A stretch of 64,000 nucleotides of DNA from Antedon mediterranea (lineage: Eukaryota > Animalia > Echinodermata), in contig NC_092679.1 of the NCBI RefSeq assembly GCF_964355755.1, positions 13,127,432 through 13,191,431 of the forward strand, written 5' to 3'. Made by a program: the position numbers and the translations under genes. The notes beneath the pieces are model-generated. The model was not told where the DNA came from. It searched no databases and saw nothing but the letters and a program-made list of their open reading frames with translations. Positions 27,368-40,723 of this stretch are shown piece after piece; position 1 is the first letter of the stretch, and every line of letters begins with the position of its first letter.

Positions 27368-27409
<42 letters not shown>

Positions 27410-28599
27410 GTGTGTCTTAATTCTGTTGTGATTTAGGCTAATTTCACTACAAGCATGTGTATGCGAGTTTGGTGTATTTAACAAGCCTTTCAGTTAACAA
27501 TCAAGATTGACCAGAATAATGATCGAAGAGTGTTGTTTTGAAGCTGTGCCGATTTGCGGCGCCTCTGCCTTAACCCATGTAGTAACTTAACCGCTTGACT
27601 AGTCGACTAATGTTATTTGGTCCATATCAAAGAATATTTCCATGTTAAAAGTAGACAGAATGCGTGCTATTTAATATATCATACGGAAGATAAGCTTTTG
27701 TGACATGACCATTATATCAATTTTCCTGAAAATCAATAAGCATGTTCTGTAAGTGTATACCTATGTACAGAAATAAGGAAGGACACACACTGGTACTCAC
27801 AAAACTAATTATCAACTAAAAATAGTTTAATTTGAATAACAATAGAACAGCAACGCCAAAAACAAACGGGTGAATTTGAAAAGAAATAGGTTTTTTAAAC
27901 TACTCGTATGAAAATGCCGGTACATTGAATCAACTTTTGTTTTAAAATTACAAATCACAAATTATAACCCGTGCCTCTTGAGGTTTTTTGGACAAGTAGT
28001 TGAAAATGTAATTTCAGTTTACGTGTTACTTTAAAACTGCTCACCGGCTTTTAAAAATTGTCTCCTATCTTTCAACACTAGCCGGTCTGAAAATAATATC
28101 ATTTTTGTTATTTGTGAAGTTATTAATACACCAATTTTGTTGATTTTCAATAATAGGCATGGTCTGAAAGTATATATGTTTACTCGATGGTATATCAAGT
28201 TGGTTCGTACTTTCGGTACTGTTACGGGCTCGCTCGTTAGGCTGAAACCAACAATAAGAACATAACAAAACACGTTGTAGTTGTCGTCCATCTTTATTCA
28301 TCTCTCCCTTTTCCTCTAGAGGGCTCACTTCCGTGTGACAAACTCGTCACACACCCCCACTTAAAGAAAGTTTGATATGATTAAACTTATAACTGTTTAC
28401 TATAACATCTTAAGTCTTTTCTTATACAGTAGTTATTTTAACAGGTCGTTGATATGAATTTACTTCAACTGCTTCTTTAAAATTTCACAAGTTCTAATTA
28501 CTTTAAATCCGTGTATGCCATTAATGCATCACTCTATCACAACTAACATATTATAATTAAATAAACACTTTAAAAATTAACAAAACTTTTAAAATCATT

Positions 28600-30501
28600 T
28601 CATGCATGTTTTATCTAAACTCTTGACAAAGCGTCAGCTACAACATTGTCTTTTCCTTCATTCTTGCCAAGAACGTTAATGGGTTGTGGTCAGTCCAAAC
28701 TACAATTGGAAACGGAGTAGATCCAAGATACACTTCAAAGTGCTTTAACGCTGACATCAAAGCTAATGTCTCCTTCTCAAGAGTAGAATAACGCTTCTCA
28801 TGCTGGTTGAATTTTCTCGAGTAGAAACACACAGGCTTGTCAACACCATTCTCGTCTGTTTGCGACAACACAGCACCAGAACAAACATCACTGGCATCAA
28901 TCATTAACGAGAACTGTTTATCAAATTGTGGAGCCATCAACACCGGTTCGTTTGATAACATCGCTTTAACTTTAATGAACGCATTATTGCATTCCTCCAA
29001 CCACACAAAGCTCGCATTCTTTTTCAGCAGATTCGTTAATGGAGCTACAAGCGTTGAGAAACTTTTGCAAAAACGTTGATAAAACCCAGCCATTCCCAGG
29101 AAACGCATTAACTCCTGCTTACTCTTTGGAACTGGGAAATCAGACTGCCTTAATCTTAGCACTTAATGGTTTCACTTTTCCGCAACCAACTTTATGACCT
29201 AAGAACACAATTTCTGCACAGGAAAACTCGCTTTTCACCAAATTTACTGTCAACTTTGCAGCTGTCAACCTGTCAAACAATGCCTTAATTCTCTGCACAT
29301 GAACATCCCATGTATCACTATAAACAACCAAATCGTCTATATAAGCTTCACAGCCCTCCAACCCTGAAATTATACCATTAACCAATCTCTGGAACGTGGC
29401 TGGTGTATTCTTTAAACCGAAAGGCATGACTTTATACTGATAAAGACCCATAGGAGTTACAAAAGCTGACACTTCTTTCGCTCGCTCGGTTAAAGGAATT
29501 TGCCAGTAACCCTTTAGAAGATCAAATTTACTGACAAACTTAGCACTACCCACACGATCAATACAGTCATCTATCCTCGGTATGGAATATGAATCTGTAG
29601 TAGATTTGGCAGTAACCTTCCGATAATCAGTACAAAAACGATACGATTTATCTGGCTTCGGAACTAATATACATGGATAACTCCAAGCACTGCAACTAGG
29701 CTCGATTATATCATTCTTAATCATGTAATCAATCTCATTTTGTAATGTCTTCATCTTGAACGGATTTGCTCTATAGGGATTTTGTTTTATTGGTGAACAA
29801 TCAGCTGTCTTAACGTCATGCTCCACTAAGTTCGTTCGACCTGGAACATCGGAAAACAACTGCAGATTGCCAAATATCAAACTAACAATTTCAACCTTAC
29901 GATCGCGAGATAAATGACCAACTTTTTCTTCAATGTTTGCAAGGACATCTGAATTACTGAACTTAACACATGTATCAGGATCCCCAAACTCTTCAGAATT
30001 CTCTTCAACAACACACGTAACTGGTGTTGACGTACAGGTATCACTATTATTTCTCGCTGTGTATGGTTTCAACATGTTTATATGACACAGTCGCTTCTTT
30101 TTACGCCTATCTGGAGTATCTAACACATAGTCAACTTCTCCTACCCTTTCTAATACTTTGTAAGGACCAGCAAATCTTGCAGATAATAGTTGACTGGGAA
30201 GAGGCAACATAACTAACACTTCATCACCTGGATTAAAGCTTCTCTTTTCTGATTTCCTATCAAACAATCTCTTCATTTTACCCTGAGCCTTCACAAGATT
30301 CTTTCTAGCCATCTCACGAGCACGATTTAATCGATCACGAAATTCAGACACATAATCTAGTATCGATACAGACTCATCTGCATTCCCTAACAGCCTTTCT
30401 TTGACTATTTTAAGAGGGCCTCGGACCGAATGACCATACACCAACTCAAATGGGCTAAACCCTAAGGACTCTTGCACTGTTTCACGAACAGCGAATAACA
30501 A
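28600..30501 (-). pseudogene. Gypsy pol: integrase C-terminus (GPY), reverse transcriptase and RNase H (frameshift at ~29150)
   Basis: FAGPYKV; FDLLKGYWQI..MPFGLKN..YIDDLVV; DASDV..YSTLEKE..WTDHNPL. Confidence 0.92.
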
Positions 30502-30525
30502 TAAGGGAACTCCCTCATCCCATTC

Positions 30526-32004
30526 CTATTCACATTGAAAACAATAGGTTTTAAGCATATTCTTAAGTGTTTGATGAAATCTCTCAAGTGCCCCTTGAGA
30601 CTGTGGATGGTAAGCACTTGAACTTATATGGGCAACACCTAACTGCTCCAAGACTTGTTTAAATAACTTTGACATGAAGTTTGATCCTTGATCGGACTGA
30701 ACAGCTTTAGGCAATCCTACCCATGTAAAGAATTTTTCCAATGCTTTAACAACATTCTTAGCTGTAATACGCCTAAGAGGAATCGCTTCTGGAAACCTAC
30801 TTGATGCACACATTATTGTTAATAGATACTCATTTCCATTTTTAGTACGTGGTAATGGTCCCACACAATCAACAATAACTCTTAAAAATGGTTCACCGAA
30901 TGCAGGAATAGGCTTAAGTGGGGCTACTGGAACCTTTTGATTAGGCTTCCCCACTACCTGACCCGCATGACAGGATTTACAATAGTTAGACACATCTTTT
31001 CTAAGACCTGGCCAAAAGAAATGCCTGAGAATTTTGTCTACCGTTTTATTGACATCTAAATGACCTGAAAGAGGATCATCATGCGCAATACCAATAATAT
31101 CCTGACGGTATCCACTAGGAATAACTATCTGGTGAATCTCATTCCAAACACCACTACTTGGAATATCTGGTGGCCTCCACTTACGCATAAGTATGCCATC
31201 CTTTATATAATAACAAACAGGAACAATAGACATTTCCTCTACAGAAAGAGCTTGCTGACCAAATGACACCAAATCAGGATCATTACTCTGCTCTTCCACT
31301 AACCTAGACCGATTGAGAACTGTCGGACCGAAATCACACACTTTTGGGTGCTGTTGTTCAGCCTGGGCAGTGTGTGACTCGGGGCCTGAGCAGACAGCCT
31401 CTTGGGAAACGCGATCCGTAATGTCTCCGTAAAAACTATCACATAAGTCAATACTCTCATCCTCATCTATGATTTTATTTGCCATAGATCGCGTCACCGC
31501 ACATGATGGAAACACATGTGATAATTCTTTCTCTAAACACACCGTGCTTTCGTCTTCAACAAGACTCGTGCACACAACCGGTTCTACTGTCACTCTGTCT
31601 CCGGCAAAATCATTCCCCAAAAGGAGTGTGAAACCCCATACTGGAAGACTCGAAACGACACCGACAACAAAATCTCCGCTAACAATATCTGTTTCAATCC
31701 AAATTACATGAAGTGGGACTTCCTTATAACCCCCTTCAACACCTTGGATGAGCACACTTGCTCCAGCAGAAGACTCGTTTGAAAATGACAATGCCGATTC
31801 TAATATCAGGGATTGTGACGCCCCTGTGTCTCTTAAGACACGAACTTTACTCAGATTCACATCGTTGATCAATGCTACAGAACCAGTAGAGAGGAAAGGC
31901 TTAAATAGCTTTCGCACTTTTTCTGGACCTGAAGATTGGATCAACTTCTCACTTTCATCAACGTCATGACTCGCTGTCACTTTCAACGGGACTGTATTAA
32001 CCAA
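30526..32004 (-). pseudogene. Gypsy protease + integrase (in-frame stop at 30526)
   Basis: LRDTGASQS; H..H..C zinc finger; VDCVGPLP..SDQGSNF..YHPQSQGALERFH. Confidence 0.92.
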
Positions 32005-32041
32005 CGTGTTTGGAAGTGATTGGGGTTTCTTATTATCCCCT

Positions 32042-33080
32042 TTAGATTTGTTTTGGAACAGCCAAAAATCTGCCTTTATATGACCCTTTTTCTTGCAATA
32101 AAGTTCTTACAAATTTACTACTACTATTAACTGTAGTTTTCTGACTTTGGACCTTAGAATCATCAACAGATTTGGAAACTGATTTGGTATTCACCACCTT
32201 GTGCGTGAGCACATAATTATCGGCAACAGAAGCCGCTTTCATTAAATTATCCACTTTCTGCTCCTCTAGATGTGTACGAACTTCAGTAGGGGAACAAGAT
32301 TTAAACTCCTCAACTAACATAAGCTTACGAAGCTTTCCAAATTCACCCTTTACTCCTTCCGAACTACACCATCTATCAAAAAGAATCTGCTTCTTACGTG
32401 CAAATTCTGTAAACGTTTGATCATAAGGTTTACCTAAGTTCCTAAATTTCTGACGATACGCCTCTGGAACTAACTCATAAGCTGACAAAACAGCAGTTTT
32501 AACCGCATCATAGCTTTCACATTGATCATCAGCCAATGCAGAAAATACCTCAAGAGCAGTTTGTAACAACACAGTCCAGTGTCTAGCAGGCCACTTTAAT
32601 CTATTAGCAATTTTCTCAAAAGCTAAAAAATATGTCTCTACCTCGTCCTCATTAAACTTGGGAACCCATTTAATATTCTGAGTAATCTCTGAATCATTAG
32701 GTGTAGAAACCCATGTGGTGTGACCCATTTGCTATTTAAAATAGCTAATTCTAATTTCCTTAACTCAAATTCATGTTTTTCTTTTTCCATTTCTCTTTGA
32801 GTTTGCATCTCTAGAATCTCTATTTTTCTTCTTTCAAAAATTAATTTTTCACGTTCCAACTCGATTCTAGCCAACTCGACCTCATTCCCCGCAGTTTTTA
32901 CGGATTCATGAGTAATTAAACCAACATGACTTCCAATCACATTTATCAAGTCATATTTATTCATGGAATCATTTATAGATGCTCCAACCCTAGTACCTAG
33001 GAGTCGCAAACTCTCCTCTGAACTACCACCTCAATGGACATGCTATCCAAAAATTTCTCGTCAAAATCACTTTCTGACAT
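32042..33080 (-). pseudogene. Gypsy gag (coiled coil + SCAN-like capsid), frameshifted
   Basis: VPKFNEDEVETYFLAFEKIA..YDAVKTAVLSAYELVPEAYRQKFR..EEFKSC. Confidence 0.85.
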
Positions 33081-34745
33081 AGTTTCTATTCGAAACAAAC
33101 AAACAAAAACACAGGTTAAAATAATAACCAATATGACGATAATTAAGGCACCAGTAATGAAATACCTGCCAAGCCCACACAGTATTAAACCTACCGTGCG
33201 CCGTGGTCTCAATAACTAGACCCCTAAAATCAAAGCCAAACCGACTTCTAACTAGTATCACAGGCAAGCCTACACAAGCCTAAAACAACAACACAGTGTA
33301 CTGGCTGGACGACCACCAAACCTCGTTCGTTATAAAACGCCTCTAAACCTAAAACCAGCTTAGAATAAACAACTAAAATTACCATCAGTTCGATCTACAA
33401 CTAAAATTCCGTACTTTGTTCCCGGATGACCCCCAATTTGTTACAGGCCCGCTCGTTAGGCTGAAACCAACAATAAGAACATAACAAAACACGTTGTAGT
33501 TGTCGTCCATCTTTATTCATCTCTCACTTTTTCTCTAGAGGGCTCACTTCCGTGTGACAAACCCATCACAGTACTGATTTTAACCACCTGATGTAACCCT
33601 GTTTACTAATTAAATTGAGTCAGATAATTAGTTATTGACGATTAAAACGAATTTAGGTTCAACAATTTGCCCCAAATAGGGGTGTTTTCCGATCGTGGTA
33701 TACACTGTCTAATGCATGTCCATCGTGAAAAATACCCGCATACAATAATACGAGGATGCTTCGCATTTTCCTATCTCCTCCTACGATAACTGTTTTTAAT
33801 GGCTGAAAACCGGTTGAACAGTTCGAGTACAGCATCATAATGTTGAAGACATGCCGATTTTCTTTAAAAAATACTATTTTGATAGATTTAATATACGTTT
33901 ATATAAATGTATTGATTTGCAATGAATGGAACATTCCAAATTAGTTGGTTTAACCATACTTGCATACCTCCATGGTTTAACACAAGTAGGTAAATTTATA
34001 GACCCTTGGAGAATAAATAGAAATAGTATTGTAATGCTATACAATACTGAAAATAGGTATTAACCACTTTTGATCGCCATTTGAATCAAAAGTGTGTTGG
34101 TACTGTTAGATATAATATAAACAATATACTAATAAACGTTATCACTGTGAGTGTGAGTAGCCCCTACTTTTAGATTATTAACACATAATAATATAATACT
34201 TTATTACTGTCAGTTGTTTCTCAACCTTTGTATTAATTAATAATTACAAAATATAAACGTATTAGTGGTCTTTATATGTACTTTACTATTTCAATCGACC
34301 ATGAGACAGTGACAGTTTTGATAAAGTATTAAATCGGAAATGTTTTACTCTATCACAAACGGTGTTTCATCACATTTAGTAATAATTAAGTAATAATCAG
34401 ACGAGCAACTGACAAACAGTGCCAAAACCAACTAATATTAATATTAAAATTGTGTGTTATAACATTGCTGACAGATGTTTTATTGGATACTGGAGGGATC
34501 TCAGTTCAACAAGACAATCAATCACATAAATAATTTCTGAGGACGAATTTGTGTAATGGTGAGATTTGTAGCTTTATTTTACTGATATTCCTAGGCCCAA
34601 ACATGCAGTAGTGAGTATAACTCTTCGTGAGGAAGAAAGCATCCTGTTAGATAGAACAATAGCCAGTTTATGTTCATATCCTGCCTGGAGCCTCTAGGCC
34701 TTTTGTCTACAATTCTATAGACATTAGAGGACAAACAAAGCTAGA

Positions 34746-37156
34746 ATGGCTTCTACATCTAGTAGTAAAGCTGGGAATAAAATTAGAAGCAATGCCACTC
34801 AAACTAGGCCTACACACTGTGATGCTTCAAAGTCTCCTAGTAAATCAAGGCCTTCAGCTACTCCTAGTAGTAAAACTAATACTAATAGCCCCATCAAGTC
34901 AAGCAATATCTCTACTACAAGAATTAAATGCATCAAACAATGTAAGCTAGACAATGCCATGAAAGACAGTCACCTGGAATGTTCTCTCTGCCAAGAGCAA
35001 TATCACAGAGCATGCCTGAAAATAAAGTCAACTACAACACCGAGAGTTTGGCTATGTCCATACTGCAAGGACATCCCATGTACTGTTAAGAACATCCTAG
35101 AGACGAATGCTGACCAACAATGCATCATTTCCGAAATGACAAATGATCTTGGTACATTAAAAACCATCGTAAATCAGCAAAAAGAAATGATCACAGAACT
35201 TAGACTAACAGTTAGAAGCATTTTAGTTCAACCTACGTGTAAATGTGCACTGAATTGCAACAAAGAAGTAGCAAGTACTACTAAAGCAACGTCAAACCTA
35301 TCATCAAATAATAATGGTAGTCCATCAAGTACAAAACGAAATGATAGACCTACTTCAAACGAAAGTCCTTCAAACGAGAATACTGCCAACAAAACACTTC
35401 TGATCGGAGATTCAATTATTCGTGATATAAAGGAGAGAGGTCTAAATAATACCAAGGTTGAATGCATCAGAAGAGGAAAAATAAAAGATGTAAAACAAAG
35501 TTTAGCAGATAACACAATATCCAAATCCTTCAAGTCAATTATTTTGCATGTCGGAACCAACTACTGTGCTTCGGATGAAACCTTTTCTAATAGTATCAAT
35601 GAGTATGACTCTTTGGTTAAGCAGATCAAAACAGATTCCCCACAAACAAAAATGGTCATTTCAACGGTGTGTCCAAGATCAGATGATACAAGGAATCCAG
35701 AAAGAGTTAACTCCCTAAATTGTGGTCTGAAGAAAATAGCCAATACATATAAATGCCAGATTATCGATAATGACGATACCTTCATGCTAAGAAATGGGTC
35801 AGCGGCGAAAGCAAACACCAACAAAGGAGGTCTGCATCTGTCTTATCATGGAACAAGATTGCTATTGGGTAACATTGAAGGTGTACACAAAATCCTTAAA
35901 AGTCCATTAGGAAGTGCTTCATCTCTCAAAAGAACAAATGATCTTGGTACATTAAAAACCATCGTAAATCAGCAAAAAGAAATGATCACAGAACTTAGAC
36001 TAACAGTTAGAAGCATTCTAGTTCAACCTACGTGTAAATGTGCACTGAATTGCAACAAAGAAGTAGCAAGTACTACTAAAGCAACGTCAAACCTATCATC
36101 AAATAATAATGGTAGTCCATCAAGTACAAAACGAAATGATAGACCTACTTCAAACGAAAGTCCTTCAAACGAGAATACTGCCAACGAAACACTTCTGATC
36201 GGAGATTCAATTATTCGTGATATAAAGGAGAGAGGTCTAAATAATACCAAGGTTGAATGCATCAGAAGAGGAAAAATAAAAGATGTAAAACATACTGCGT
36301 TGAAACACCGGTTTCTCGTCAGATCACCGAAGTTAAGCAACGTTGGGCCCGGTTGCGTTCTGGATGGGAGACCGTCTAGAAATCGTGGCGGGTGCTGTAT
36401 ATACTGGAGAGTGATGGTGTAATGGTAATATCGGACTAGCATGTGATAGGCATGGGTTCGAGGTTATCTGTACCGTACTAATTGCATCCTTAGGCAAGAT
36501 GCTTTACTCTCATTGCCTAATCTGGTAGGCGCTGCACTGCTGGCTGCCGTGGGTCCGTGGAGGGCCTAATCCGAATTTCCTCACTGAGGACAAATATTAA
36601 TACAAATACAAATACAAAAAATAAAAGATGTAAAACAAAGTTTAGCAGATAACACAATATCCAAATCCTTCAAGTCAATTATTTTGCATGTCGGAACCAA
36701 CTACTGTGCTTCGGATGAAACCTTTTCTAATAGTATCAATGAGTATGACTCTTTGGTTAAGCAGATCAAAACAGATTCCCCACAAACAAAAATTGTCATT
36801 TCAACGGTGTGTCCAAGATCAGATGATACAAGGAATCCAGAAAGAGTTAACTCCCTAAATTGTGGTCTGAAGAAAATAGCCAATACATATAAATGCCAAA
36901 TTATCGATAATGACGATACCTTCATGCTAAGAAATGGGTCAGCGGCGAAAGCAAACACCAACAAAGGAGGTCTGCATCTGTCTTATCATGGAACAGATTG
37001 CTATTGGGTAACATTGAAGGTGTACACAAAATCCTTAAAAGTCCATTAGGAAGTGCTTCATCTCTCGAAAGAAACCAAAGATCTCGCAGAAGCTATGATA
37101 CACACCACAGACAAGATCTTCGATCCTTTCAACGTAAGTTCAATAGACAAAAATAG
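34746..37156 (+). pseudogene. LINE ORF1: PHD finger, coiled coil and SGNH esterase; 795-bp tandem duplication; second copy SINE-disrupted
   Basis: CSLCQEQYHRACL..WLCPYC; LIGDSII, LHVGTN, GLHLSYHG; unit starts at 35139 and 35934. Confidence 0.88.
36291..36616 (+). mobile_element. Chimeric SINE: 5S rRNA-derived head + tRNA-like segment + core + LINE-like tail
   Basis: 36291-36399 is 5S-like (catac..gttgaaacaccgg..tctcgtcagatcaccgaagttaagcaacg..ggatgggagaccg..gggtgctgta); tggtgtaatgg..ggttcgag boxes; (TACAAA)n tail; 19-21-bp TSD aaaaataaaagatgtaaaa(ca). Confidence 0.9.
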
Positions 37157-37199
37157 GATTTTGCACACAAAAGCATAGATTCACCACTTAACAACTATC

Positions 37200-40100
37200 A
37201 TGTTCTTAATGACGAAGCCGAAACTACAATTTTATATCCAAACGAGGATAATTCTCCAAAACCACTCGCCAAAGACACTGTAAAACGTCGCCATAGGAGG
37301 AGAGGTGGTAAATGTAAATATAATGCTAACAAAATAAATCAAGTTAATATCGCTTTTAATAATGTGAATTGGCTGCGTCCAAAAATGTATGAGGTATCTC
37401 AGTTCCTTACTGATAATAATATTGATATTCTCGGAGTAGTTGAAACATGTTTAAAAAATGAGCTTGGTATTTCTGTAAAAGGTTATAGATGGATAGGTAA
37501 AAATAGAAAAGGGAAAGGAGGAGGGGGGATTGGTATGTTTGTGTCCAATAATGTTGTTATTTATAATGATAATTTATTTAATTCTAATTCTGATGAATTT
37601 GAAAGATTATGGATCCAAATTAACACTAATAATGGTACTGCTTTGTTTATATCAGTAGCCTACTTCCCTGTTGAAGGTTGTAATATTGAGAAAACGGAAG
37701 AATTATATAATCAATTACTATCAGAAGTCATTCAAATTGAAAACATGCATGAAGGAAAAGAAGAGCCTAATATTTTAATCTTAGGCGATTTTAATGCTAG
37801 AATAGGTAGTTCTGTAATGGGTGGCGACCCAATAGTCAACACAAATGGTAATAGATTAATTGAGTTTAGTAGTAATTCAAACTTATCAATTCTCAACAAA
37901 ACTATTTTCTGTGAAGGCGAAATCACATGAAGATAGACGAATTAGGACAACTTAGCTTGGGTAGTGACCATAATATGTTACTACTTAAATTAAATATAAA
38001 TAACTCGAAAAACAAAGATAATAGGTGTAGTAAGAAATATATATGGAACATTAAGTTTTGTGAAGATTTTAGTGAATATAATGCCTATTTAGAAAGGGAT
38101 TTTAAAGAGTGGGATGCAAATAGGTTTGATAATGTTAATGACTTATGGAATTCCTGGAAGTCTATTGTAATTAAATGCGCAGAAGAAGGCATTGGTAAAA
38201 ATGTGTTGGGGGAAAATCTAAACCATGGTTTGATAAGGAAGTTGCAAAATGCAATTGAGAATAGAAAGAAAGCAACACAAATTCATAGAAATTATGTTAA
38301 AAGAAAAGACAAAGATGCTGCAACATTTGACTTCCTTTGGCAGAATTACCAACAAAAGCGGTTGTTTGCTAAGACTTTGATAAAACAACAGATATTAGAA
38401 ATGAGAGTAGATAAATCAATTGTTATTGCAAACAAAGGAGGAAAAAATTGTAAGGAATTCTGGCAAACAATTAGAGGGTCAAAGTTTAACAAACAAAGTA
38501 CTGATTGTTTTAAGGTTCCAGGGTCTGAACAAGTTGTTACTAGCGTTGAAGAAAAAGCCGAAACATTAGGAAACTATTGGGAATCACTAAGTACTTCTAA
38601 AAATAATACATTCAATAATAATATATACATGACTGAGAACTGTATACAAAACATTAGAAACAACTTGTTCAGAGATGATGATGAGGCTACAGATCCTCTA
38701 TGTGATATTTCTATTGATATTGAAAGTATAAAATATGTATTAAGTATTGCAAACAATTGTAAATCTCCAGGTGAAGATAACATTACTAATGAACTTTTAA
38801 AAATGGTGGTCATATTATGGTAAACTCTCTGCTAGATTTATTTAATAGAATCATCCTTTTTGAACACCCACCAGAAGACTGGAATTTAAGTTTAATTATT
38901 CCAATCTTTAAACATGGTGATAAGAGATATTTGAACAATTATCGTGGAATCTCTCTTACATCTTGTGTATCAAAATTATTTAATAGAGTACTTGCTATGA
39001 ATGTATCAAACTATTTGGAAAGTGATAATGCACTGACGGAAGTCCAGGGTGGTTTCAGGAAAGATCATAGGTGTGAGGACCATATTTTTGTAATCAAAAG
39101 TATAACTGCTTTAAGAAAAAAAGAGGGAAAAAACACCTATCTAGCTTTCCTGGACTTCCGAAAGGCATTTGATTCCGTCTGGAGAGATGGGCTCCTGAAA
39201 GCCATATGGAATATAGAAATAAGAGGGCGTCTGTGGAGAATTATTGATAACATGTATGCAAATGTCAAAGGGAAAGTAAAATTTGGGGATACTGTAACTA
39301 ATGAATTTTCAATTGATTAGACAGAGATGTGTGCTATCTCCTATTCTGTTTTGTATATTTATCAATGAGCTCACAAAAATTCTAAAATTAAATGATATAG
39401 GAGTTCATATTAATAACATATGGCAAGGAGCCCTTTTCTGGGCAGATGATATTGTGCTATTAGCTGAAAATGAGCAACAAATGACTCACATGTTACAGCT
39501 AACTGCAAAATTGGCCATTGATTGGAAAATTCAATTTAACTCAACTAAATCAAATGTACTTGTTGTAGGTAAGAAGATAGATAAACAAAAGTTATGGAAA
39601 TTAGGAGACCAGTCGATAACTGAGTGTGAAACGTATAAATATCTAGGTGTAATGATATCAAGAGGTGCAAATGACCAGCCATGTAGAATATATTATACAA
39701 AAATGTAACCGACTCATAGGCTATATAAAAGCCATAATTGGTAATTTAAACAATTTTAATAGAGTATATTATGGTGATATCCTCTGGCGAACAATTGCAC
39801 TCCCATCAATAAATTATGGTAGTACTATTTGGGTTGGTAGCAAAAGTGATTGTGAAAGAATTGAAAGACTACAATTACAAATGGCAAGGTTTATCCTTAA
39901 GGCCTCTCGGAATACCCCTTGTGCTACTCTTTATGGGGAACTTGGGTGGTCAAAAATCTCACATATTCAAAATGTAAATAGAATTAATTATATGGAAAGA
40001 ATTTTAAAGATGGAAGATGAACGTTGGCCTAGGATATTACTGAAAACACTAGTTAAATTGACAGAGAACTTTAATGATCTATCATTTAAAATTCCATTGT

Positions 40101-40723
40101 GTGTTCGAAATATCATTGATAATTGTGATATACATGCTATTTTTTCTGATATTCGAAATGGTAATGATAACTTTGATGCCAACTGGGCTTTCAATACAAA
40201 AACAATTATGAAAAATCTAGCTCTCTCGCATTGGGTTGAAGACGGTAAATGTAAAACGTCAATTGAACATTATATGTATATAAAAAATGAACCAAAACTT
40301 GAACAGTATCTACTTGATAAAATTGACTTTGAAGGAGCATCGTTAAAATTTAAGCTGCGATCAAACACCCTTCCCCTTGAAAGAAAAACATCTAAATGGT
40401 CAAATGACCCTAATGCTAATGGTTGTTGTAAATTGTGCAACAGAAATGAAGAAGAAACCATTATGCACTTTCTCCTAACATGTACCACTCTAGAAGAAGA
40501 GAGAAAAAACCAAATTGCTAAATTCCAACAAGAACTTTTGGAATGTAATCTTTTTTATCTCTTTGACTATTTTCAGAATTTAGATTTATTCAACAAAACC
40601 CTTCTTATTCTAGGCAATGACTATGATTTATTTGATAATATTATTAAGTCTTTAATCGACAAATTCTGTAAATCATTGGCTAAATCTTTATGGAAGAAAC
40701 GTTGTGCTCTTTTAAACTTATAA
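37200..40723 (+). pseudogene. LINE ORF2 (AP endonuclease, RT, C-terminal CCHC) with several frameshifts
   Basis: GVVET..GGGIG..LGDFNAR..GSDH; NYRGISL..QGGFR..FLDFRKAFDSV..LSPILF..WADD..YKYLG; LYGELG; CKLC..ETIMHFLLTC. Confidence 0.92.

Larger units (their letters stand above)
25230..28175 (-). mobile_element. HINE fragments of the 3587-12580 families, interrupted at a (TA)n tract by ~25621-27400
   Basis: Termini at 25471 (aatgaaagcactcagaaactgagtg) and 25538 (actagaaagccac..tacctccgcc); the body resumes at ~27400 (tttgtgtgtgtcttaa) as at ~3672. Confidence 0.75.
28220..33570 (-). mobile_element. Full-length Gmr1-like Ty3/Gypsy LTR retrotransposon (gag-PR-IN-RT-RH), inactivated
   Basis: 132-bp LTRs TG..CA at 28220-28351 and 33439-33570 (6 differences counted); GTAC TSD; tRNA-Pro-like PBS TGGGGGTCATCCGGG; PPT AAGTGGGGGTG. 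Confidence 0.95.

Noticed and set aside
36291-36399. Functional 5S rRNA gene
   Set aside because: Lacks the first ~9 nt, has indels and no terminator, and sits in a TSD-flanked insert.
28837-40488. Antisense ORFs overlapping the Gypsy and LINE coding regions
   Set aside because: Shadow frames of retroelement ORFs with no independent motifs.
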